From the NCBI GenBank assembly GCA_963801355.1, contig CAWDEM010000008.1, positions 2,208,001 through 2,272,000 on the forward strand: a DNA stretch of 64,000 nt, read 5' to 3'. Shown here piece by piece: positions 57,422 through 64,000 of the stretch. Position numbers and translations under genes: made by a program. Numbering within the stretch: position 1 is the stretch's first letter; each line of letters starts with the position of its first letter. The notes under the pieces were generated by a model that was not told the DNA's origin, did not search any database, and was given only the letters and a program-made list of their open reading frames with translations. The stretch comes from Ignavibacteriota bacterium. Lineage in GTDB: Bacteria; Bacteroidota; Ignavibacteria; UBA10030; UBA6906.

Positions 57422-58312
57422 ATGAACCGCGAAGTTATTGAACGCGTCATCCGTGAGGTCGTGGCGGAAAAATTCGGGCCAGTAAACGGTAGGTCCTGCA
57501 CGGACGGCTGCAAGGACGGCGTGTGCACAGACGGGTTATGCGTCGTGCATAACGCCGAAGGGGTCAGGAACATTCTGAACAACGGCGCTTCCCGCATCAG
57601 CGCCGGAGGGGGCATTGAAGCCGCCGGAGGAGTTTCTGCGGATCTTGCACGCATGATAGACCACACGCTTCTGAAGCCCGAAGCGACCCCCGCCGAGATC
57701 GAGAAGCTCTGTGAGGAGGCACGAAAATACTCATTCGCCAGCGTGTGCATCAATGCAGGTTACGTGCCTCTTTGTGCCCGCCTGCTGCGCGGCACCCCGG
57801 TGCGTGTCTGTACGGTCATCGGCTTCCCCCTCGGAGCAACATCGACGGCGGCGAAAGCGTTTGAAACCGAACAGGCGATTCGCGACGGTGCACAGGAAGT
57901 GGATATGGTGATCAATATCGGGATGCTCAAGTCCGGCGACACGGTCTACGTCGAGCGCGACATCGCCGCAGTCGTCAATGCCGCCCGCCGTCACAGAGTG
58001 CTGACAAAAGTGATCATCGAAGCCGCGCTGCTTACCGACGAAGAAAAAATCAAGGCCTGCCTCCTGGTGAAAAAGGCAGGCGCGGATTTCGTAAAGACTT
58101 CCACGGGTTTTGCGAAAGGCGGCGCCACCGCCGGAGATATCGCATTGATGCGACGGGTGGTCGGCACTGCGATGGGCGTCAAGGCTGCCGGCGGAGTCCG
58201 CAGCCGGGAAGACGCACTGGCAATGGTCGCCAGCGGCGCAGACCGCATCGGGGCGAGCGCAAGTGTCCGTATCGTCGGTGGCGACGCCGGCGAATCCCCA
58301 AAGGCCGCGTAA
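57422..58312 (+). CDS. deoC: Deoxyribose-phosphate aldolase with about 70-aa N-terminal extension
   Basis: [43 protein letters not shown]. Confidence 0.95.
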   Translation: MNREVIERVIREVVAEKFGPVNGRSCTDGCKDGVCTDGLCVVHNAEGVRNILNNGASRISAGGGIEAAGGVSADLARMIDHTLLKPEATPAEIEKLCEEARKYSFASVCINAGYVPLCARLLRGTPVRVCTVIGFPLGATSTAAKAFETEQAIRDGAQEVDMVINIGMLKSGDTVYVERDIAAVVNAARRHRVLTKVIIEAALLTDEEKIKACLLVKKAGADFVKTSTGFAKGGATAGDIALMRRVVGTAMGVKAAGGVRSREDALAMVASGADRIGASASVRIVGGDAGESPKAA

Positions 58313-58878
58313 TGTCCAGAAGACAACCGCAACAGAGTCGCCCGTGGCTTCCGTTGACCCTGCTGGTCGCCGCGCTTCTGGCCGGGTGCTCGACTTCCCG
58401 GCACGCAACCGACGACCGCGACCGGGATGCCGCCGAAGAAGTGCGCGCCGCCGAAGCAACATTCCGGCCGTCAGACCACGACCCCGTGCAGGCAGCGGCG
58501 CCGACGGCACTTCCCTTCCCCACCGATACTGCACGGACCGAGCCCACCAATACCCCCGAACTGCCGGCGTCAGGCGAAATGACACAGGGCTACAGGGTAC
58601 AGGCCTTTGCGACAAGGAATATTGACGAGGCACAGGTGAAGAAGGTGGAGCTTGAAGGGCTGTTTCCGGGCGAATGGTTCTATCTGGACTATGCCTCACC
58701 GAGCTACAAAATCCGCGCGGGGAATTTCACCACGAGGTTCGAAGCGGACCGCTTTGCGCGTATGATGATCGAGCAGGGTTTTCCCGAGGCCTGGGTGGTA
58801 CCGGAAAGAGTCTTCAAGAACATCGGGCGGCGCCCTGTGCAACCACCTCAGCCATCGGAGCAGCCGGAGGTGAAGTAG
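58312..58878 (+). CDS. SPOR domain lipoprotein
   Basis: Lipobox LAGC; GYRVQ...YKIRAGNF..R.EA...GFPEAWVV. Confidence 0.85.
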   Translation: MSRRQPQQSRPWLPLTLLVAALLAGCSTSRHATDDRDRDAAEEVRAAEATFRPSDHDPVQAAAPTALPFPTDTARTEPTNTPELPASGEMTQGYRVQAFATRNIDEAQVKKVELEGLFPGEWFYLDYASPSYKIRAGNFTTRFEADRFARMMIEQGFPEAWVVPERVFKNIGRRPVQPPQPSEQPEVK

Positions 58879-58924
58879 TCCAATCGACCTGGTGGATCCA
58901 CCTCCACACTTGCCGATTCCCTGC

Positions 58925-60652
58925 TCAAGGGAATTTCACCTGAACACCCCCGACACTCCACCGCGCACGCACCTTAACTGTATCGGGATACACAGTGAAC
59001 CGCGCGCCTGGTTCAAACGGATACGGCACACCTGCCCGGTAGACTCCATCCCCTTCAAGATCCTCGAATGCCTCGATGCCGTAGCGGCCTTCAGGGAGGT
59101 CGCCGACCTGGAATTTCCCGGGCCTGTCGATGCGATGCACGAAGCTTCGCTGGGGCTTGACATCCGTCGTCTTCACTATGAGCACCAGCGGATGTTCCCC
59201 GCTCGCACCTTCCAGAGTCCCTTCGATCGAGCCGAGCGCCCGGGTATCCAGGGTCTGAAAGTGCAATACGAATAGTGAATCGCGCCAGTGCGTACCCCTG
59301 CTGTCACGCACCGAATCGAGCGGAAGCCGGAGTGTGTACCACGCGAGCGGCCGGAGCGGTGCAGAAGGAATGACGAGAAGTTCTGCGGACGTCCGCGGAC
59401 GGACTTCAACCGGCACCGTGAGAGACAACGTGTCAAGCAACGAAAAGCCGTGGATGATGCCGGACAGATCGACCGGCAGCCGGAAGTCCACCGCAAATTG
59501 CGGGCGCAACTGGATTGCCCGTGCACTGTCGGCGACTCCCCGGATACCCGGATAGGGCTTGAGCGTGTCAGGCACCGACGGGCCGCTGAATGTCGACGAT
59601 GCGTTATTGGTATCCAGCCGGTTGCCGGCACCATCCACTACTCCCCGCACGACCAGTCTGTATGCCGCCGTGCTGTCCAACGGGCCGACGGTCTCGATTC
59701 CCGCAAGAGCCAGGTTCCCCATATTCTGGTACTGCGCACCGATGGGGACGGCAGCGGCCGACGCAGTGTCAAAGAGCGAAAACAACGCCTGAGGAAATGT
59801 TACGGTATCGACGGGTTCACTGAATCGGACCAGCAGATGGCGGCGGTCCACGGCCGTGACGCTTGCCAGGAATGGGCGCGTCGTATCTTCCTTCGACATG
59901 CGGAACCAGAGGTTACGCACTTCCGGCTTGTTGCCGTCCAGAACCGGATCTTCCGTGGCCACTCCGAACTGATCGATCTCACGGTCGTATAACAGATTGC
60001 GGTACTCGTCACGCACAGCCATAACCCGGTAGGTGCCGAACGCGACATTGTTCAATCCGAAGCTCCCGTCTTTTCCCGTCTGCACGATGTATTGTGGACG
60101 CGTATGTCCGGGGTTGAGCGTGTCGGGGAGGATTGCATGCAGGCTATAGGCGAAAATCATTACACCCTCGGGGTGCTCATCAAAAACCCGGCCGCTGATT
60201 CTGCCGGTATCAATGGAGTCGCCGGTGCTGAACGCCAGCGTGTACGCATGGGCCATCGCGTTTCCTCCATGCGCCGGCAGGTCCGTCACGTCAGTTCCCA
60301 CGGTGAGCACGTAGGTGGTATTTTCCCGGAGCCGTTCGGGAAAGCGGATGGTCACTTCGGTTCCGCTCCAATCGAATTCCGGTTGTCCGACGTACGGGGA
60401 GATAAACACCGCTTCCTCCACCGTACGGCGCTCAACGTACTCGCTGAACTCAAGGTCGATCTGCGAGGGCGTGATCCGGGTGGCATTGCTGTCCGGGTAG
60501 GTCCTGATAATGTACGGGGGGGTGGTGTCGGGCGGCCCTCCGGAAGGCAACACCTGTCCGGCACAACCGTTCAACAGCGCAGCTGCGCCAAACGCAAGGC
60601 ACAGCGAGACGAACGATGCCGACGGAACCCGGCGTGCGATGACTGAGTTCAA
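58925..60652 (-). CDS. Ig-like (Big_5-type) domain lipoprotein
   Basis: Lipobox LNGC, CA...P.GGP.D..PP, FSE, FSTG; repeated beta-sandwich segments. Confidence 0.75.
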   Translation of the reverse strand: MNSVIARRVPSASFVSLCLAFGAAALLNGCAGQVLPSGGPPDTTPPYIIRTYPDSNATRITPSQIDLEFSEYVERRTVEEAVFISPYVGQPEFDWSGTEVTIRFPERLRENTTYVLTVGTDVTDLPAHGGNAMAHAYTLAFSTGDSIDTGRISGRVFDEHPEGVMIFAYSLHAILPDTLNPGHTRPQYIVQTGKDGSFGLNNVAFGTYRVMAVRDEYRNLLYDREIDQFGVATEDPVLDGNKPEVRNLWFRMSKEDTTRPFLASVTAVDRRHLLVRFSEPVDTVTFPQALFSLFDTASAAAVPIGAQYQNMGNLALAGIETVGPLDSTAAYRLVVRGVVDGAGNRLDTNNASSTFSGPSVPDTLKPYPGIRGVADSARAIQLRPQFAVDFRLPVDLSGIIHGFSLLDTLSLTVPVEVRPRTSAELLVIPSAPLRPLAWYTLRLPLDSVRDSRGTHWRDSLFVLHFQTLDTRALGSIEGTLEGASGEHPLVLIVKTTDVKPQRSFVHRIDRPGKFQVGDLPEGRYGIEAFEDLEGDGVYRAGVPYPFEPGARFTVYPDTVKVRARWSVGGVQVKFP

Positions 60653-61710
60653 TTCCGCGCTCTTGCCTTTCTGTACTTACGCACGTTCTGCACGTGCTCG
60701 GCGTAGGTCCTGGAAAACCAGTGTCCGCCCAGAGTGTTGGCGACGAAGAACAGGTATCCGTGCTGCCGGGGATAGAGTGCTGCGAGCATGGCGGCCTTCC
60801 CCGGATTGTTCACCGGCCCGGGCGGCAAACCCGGATACAGGTACGTGTTGTACGGATCTGCGATCCGGAGATCGGCGTAGAGAACGCGCCGGGGTCCATC
60901 CGGGAAAATATACTGCAGCGTTGGATCAGCTTCAAGCTTCATGCCGAGACGGAGGCGATTGTGGTAGACACCTGCAATAAGCGGCCGCTCATCGGCGAGT
61001 ACCGCTTCCCCTTCCACAATGGATGCGAAGGTCACGGCCTGGCGAACGGTCCACCCGAACTCCTTCGCCCGGGATTCCAATGTATCATTGAAGAACCGTT
61101 TGAACTCATTCACCTGCCGCTCCACAATCTCCCTCTCGTCCTGTTCCCACATCAGCCGATAGGTCTCCGGCAAGAGATAGCCTTCCAGCGAACCGCCCTC
61201 CAGGCCGTAGCCTCTGACGACGTCGGGGTCGTTGACTATGCTCATGTACCTGGCGCTGTCGATCCCGACGGCTCGCGCAAACAGCCGTGCCTGCAAACGG
61301 GCTCGCAACCCTTCGGGGATAGTGACACCGATGAGCTCGGTGTTGCGCCCGTCGCGCAGCGAGAGGAAGATGTCGAGATTGGACATCCCGGAGTGAAAGC
61401 GATACTTCCCCGCCTGCAACCGTTCTGTGCCGCCGGCGAGGCGGGCGGTCACCCGGAACAGGAGACGGCTGCGAATGATCCCCTTCCGTTCGAGGGAATC
61501 CATAATCGTGTGAAACGTGGCGCCGCGCGAAACAAACACCATGCGCTCCGCCTGGTCAGAAAAAGTGTTGGGCCAGTACAGCGCGTACAACAGGATTGCA
61601 CCGGCCGAAAGGACCAGGACAGCACAAGCAAGAAGAACATACCGCCCGGCGCGAGAGGGAGGCGGCGAGATCGTGTTCAGTCGGGATGGCGGTGGCGGGA
61701 TCGTGTTCAC
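60649..61710 (-). CDS. mltG: Endolytic transglycosylase MltG
   Basis: TIPEG, LEGYL.PETY, ASIVEGE, NRL..GM.L.ADPT, YNTY..PGLPPGP. Confidence 0.95.
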   Translation of the reverse strand: MNTIPPPPSRLNTISPPPSRAGRYVLLACAVLVLSAGAILLYALYWPNTFSDQAERMVFVSRGATFHTIMDSLERKGIIRSRLLFRVTARLAGGTERLQAGKYRFHSGMSNLDIFLSLRDGRNTELIGVTIPEGLRARLQARLFARAVGIDSARYMSIVNDPDVVRGYGLEGGSLEGYLLPETYRLMWEQDEREIVERQVNEFKRFFNDTLESRAKEFGWTVRQAVTFASIVEGEAVLADERPLIAGVYHNRLRLGMKLEADPTLQYIFPDGPRRVLYADLRIADPYNTYLYPGLPPGPVNNPGKAAMLAALYPRQHGYLFFVANTLGGHWFSRTYAEHVQNVRKYRKARARN

Positions 61711-62705
61711 GCGAGCTCCAGCCCGGCGACAGCCGTCAGATCAAGGGGCGAATAGATGCCGCGCATCCGTTTCATCCAACCGACATACGCGATCATGGCG
61801 CCATTATCCATGCAGTACTCCAGACGGGGAGTGAACATCTGCAGCCCTCGTTCGGCGCAGGCGGCACCCAGGGATGAACGGAGGCCGGCGTTGGCGGACA
61901 CTCCCCCAGCAATCGCCACTGCGTGAGCGCCTGTCATCCCCGCCGCCCGCAAGGTCTTCTGGACAAGCACATCGACAACGGAATGTTGAAAGCTGGCACA
62001 GAGGTTGGCAAGTGCTGCATCGGTGGCGGGAGCACCGTGATCCCGCAGATGATAGAGCACGGCGGTTTTGACGCCGCTGAAACTGAAGTCCAGCGTGTCC
62101 GGCCCGAGAAATGCCCGGGGAAACCTGATTGCGCGGGGATTTCCCGCGGCTGCGAGAGCGTCAATGCGCGGCCCGCCGGGATACCCCAGACCGAGCATCT
62201 TTGCCACCTTGTCGAACGCTTCGCCCGCGGCATCGTCGCGCGTTTGCCCGAGAACCTGATGCCTGAATGGTTCTTCGACATACACCAGCATCGTATGTCC
62301 CCCGGACACGATCAGCGAAAGAAACGGGAAGGCCGGGGCAGGATCCTGCAGCAACACCGAGTAGAGGTGCCCTTCCATATGGTTGACTCCCACAAACGGG
62401 ACACCGAGACCATAGGCAAGGGCCTTCCCGAAATTCAGACCGACCAGGAGGGCGCCGACCAGGCCGGGGCCGAATGTCGCAGCGACCGCGCTCAGGTCTT
62501 CCTTCCTGCAACCCGCCGTATCCAGAGCTTCCTGAACCACCTGCATAATGAGGCGCTGATGAGCACGCGAGGCCAACTCCGGGACCACACCCCCGAATTT
62601 CCTGTGAACATACTGTGAAGAAATGACGTTCGCATCGACCCGGCCATCCCGCACGACAGCCGCCGATGTTTCATCACATGATGTCTCAATCCCGAGGACG
62701 GTCAT
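61707..62705 (-). CDS. tsaD: tRNA N6-threonylcarbamoyltransferase TsaD
   Basis: GIETSCDET, GGVVPE.ASR.H, HMEGH, VSGGHT, DDAAGEAFDK, DNGAMI. Confidence 0.98.
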   Translation of the reverse strand: MTVLGIETSCDETSAAVVRDGRVDANVISSQYVHRKFGGVVPELASRAHQRLIMQVVQEALDTAGCRKEDLSAVAATFGPGLVGALLVGLNFGKALAYGLGVPFVGVNHMEGHLYSVLLQDPAPAFPFLSLIVSGGHTMLVYVEEPFRHQVLGQTRDDAAGEAFDKVAKMLGLGYPGGPRIDALAAAGNPRAIRFPRAFLGPDTLDFSFSGVKTAVLYHLRDHGAPATDAALANLCASFQHSVVDVLVQKTLRAAGMTGAHAVAIAGGVSANAGLRSSLGAACAERGLQMFTPRLEYCMDNGAMIAYVGWMKRMRGIYSPLDLTAVAGLELA

Positions 62706-62711
62706 GAGATT

Positions 62712-62787
62712 ATTGTACGGAAAGAGGCCGCGACATTCAAGAAAACCGATGAAAAACCTTGCTTCTCTGGCCTCCGTTGGTTATATT
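62712..62787. promoter_or_regulatory. Divergent promoters for tsaD (leaderless geometry) and rpmB
   Basis: Minus TTGAAT-17-TACAAT-6 nt-ATG (62712-62740); plus TTGCTT-17-TATATT (62759-62787). Confidence 0.65.
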
Positions 62788-62815
62788 AAAATGATTGACA
62801 AATTGAGGTGAGAAG

Positions 62816-63007
62816 ATGGCACGTGTGTGTGATATTTGCGGCAAGAAACCAATGAGCGGCAACAACATTTCGCATGCGCATAATCTTACGCGCAGGCGCT
62901 GGATGCCGAACCTGCAGGAGGTCCGCGCAAATGTCAATGGCCGTACGCGCCGGATGACGGTCTGCACGAACTGCCTGAAATCCAACAAGGTGACGAAAGC
63001 CGCCTGA
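62816..63007 (+). CDS. rpmB: 50S ribosomal protein L28 (Zn-ribbon C+ form)
   Basis: [10 protein letters not shown]...GN.ISHAHN.TRRRW.PNLQ...CTNC; SD GAGGTG. Confidence 0.97.
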   Translation: MARVCDICGKKPMSGNNISHAHNLTRRRWMPNLQEVRANVNGRTRRMTVCTNCLKSNKVTKAA

Positions 63008-63030
63008 CGATTCGCGCTCCTGACAGCACG

Positions 63031-63062
63031 AAAGCCATCAAACAGACCCTGATGGCTTTTTT
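63031..63062 (+). terminator. Intrinsic terminator after rpmB
   Basis: AAAGCCATCA-loop-TGATGGCTTT followed by a T run. Confidence 0.8.
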
Positions 63063-63090
63063 CGTTTGTCCCCTCTTCCGGCAGCCGGTC

Positions 63091-63723
63091 ATGCCCAAAC
63101 TACAATTCGAACTCAATCTCCCGAACCAGCTGACGCTGTTGCGGATTGCGCTGACTCCCGTGTTTGTCGCATTCCTGCTCTCGGATTCGGTGGTACTGCG
63201 CCAGCTTTCTCTCCTCGTCTTTGTCATCGCGGCCATCACCGATTGGTACGACGGTTGGATTGCAAGGAGGTTGGGATTTTCCACGCGCTGGGGAAAATTC
63301 CTCGATCCCCTGGCCGACAAAATCCTCTCCTCCGCCGCCTTGCTCTCGTATGTCAGCCTGGGGCTTGTCGACGCGTGGATGGTCTGGGTCGTGATCTTCC
63401 GGGACTTCCTGATGACCGGCCTCCGGAGTTATGCCGAACTTCAAGACCGTCCCATTGTCACCTCCTGGGGGGCCCAGGCAAAGACGTTTGGGGAGTTTGT
63501 CGTCATCTACTATATCCTGATCCTCTATGTCCTCAAAAGCATCCCGGTGGTGTATCAGGAATGGGGCTTCACCATTGACGCTCTGATGCACCCCCAGGTT
63601 CTCTTCGGCATGATGCTTCTGGTCACACTTTCCACGGTGGGGACCGGGATAGCCTACCTGTTCGACAACAGAAAGTTGATCCGTGAACTCCTCGAATACC
63701 TCCACTGGCGGAAACCTGCCTGA
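63091..63723 (+). CDS. pgsA: CDP-diacylglycerol--glycerol-3-phosphate 3-phosphatidyltransferase
   Basis: NLPNQLT..RI, TDWYDG.IAR, GKFLDPLADK. Confidence 0.88.
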   Translation: MPKLQFELNLPNQLTLLRIALTPVFVAFLLSDSVVLRQLSLLVFVIAAITDWYDGWIARRLGFSTRWGKFLDPLADKILSSAALLSYVSLGLVDAWMVWVVIFRDFLMTGLRSYAELQDRPIVTSWGAQAKTFGEFVVIYYILILYVLKSIPVVYQEWGFTIDALMHPQVLFGMMLLVTLSTVGTGIAYLFDNRKLIRELLEYLHWRKPA

Positions 63724-64000
63724 GGGCACCCCCCGGCACATTCCCTTTTTGCCGAACCTTATTGCGACAGGGTTGTTCGCCGGGTATATCCCCTGGGCGT
63801 CCGGCACGTTTGGAACGCTTGTCGGCGTGCTCTTCTATCTTCTCCCCGGTGCCGAGCATCCCCTCGTGCTGGGCATAATGGCCGTGCTCGGGTTCTTTGT
63901 CGGGGCCTGGGCTTCCGCGCGCGTCGCAGCGGTGGTCGGCCACCGACTCACCCGGAGCGCTGAGAAAGCCAAGCAGATGTTCCAGGAGGGAGAACATCTG
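63683..64000 (+). CDS. pgpA: Phosphatidylglycerophosphatase A (partial, runs off the window end)
   Basis: Manual translation ...IATGLFAGYIPWASGTFGTLVG... matches the PgpA N-terminal motif; follows pgsA; start uncertain. Confidence 0.75.
   Translation, partial: MNSSNTSTGGNLPEGTPRHIPFLPNLIATGLFAGYIPWASGTFGTLVGVLFYLLPGAEHPLVLGIMAVLGFFVGAWASARVAAVVGHRLTRSAEKAKQMFQEGEHL

Overview
A 64 kb window of roughly 60% GC that looks like core chromosome from an FCB-group bacterium (gene content suggests an Ignavibacteria/Bacteroidota-like lineage; this is inference). It holds about 60 densely packed genes, mostly on the minus strand. These cover translation and RNA modification (trpS, valS, rluB, trmH, prmC, dtd, efp, tsaD, rpmB), DNA handling (scpA/B, recO, radC, comEC, HNH) and envelope functions (degP, mltG, SPOR, LpoA-like, LysM). 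Metabolism includes a shikimate plus futalosine menaquinone supercluster with AroD-AroE and MqnE-MqnA fusions, guaA, purM, accBC, gcvP/H, and an argF-arcC-arcE cluster matching the arginine synthetase pathway. I found no rRNA, tRNA, CRISPR array or transposase. The most interesting observations are: (1) a self-contained operon with strong expression signals, encoding an Lpp-like coiled-coil lipoprotein and a coiled-coil LysM protein with cysteines in matching register, a candidate disulfide-linked outer membrane-peptidoglycan tether; (2) many sigma70 promoters ending 5-8 nt before start codons, suggesting frequent leaderless mRNAs, including a leaderless uORF coupled to a CTG-initiated HNH nuclease; (3) a DeoC with a microcompartment encapsulation-like peptide and Cys-rich insert but no shell genes nearby; (4) the ArcE pathway. 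All functional calls come from motif recognition by eye; no database searches were run.
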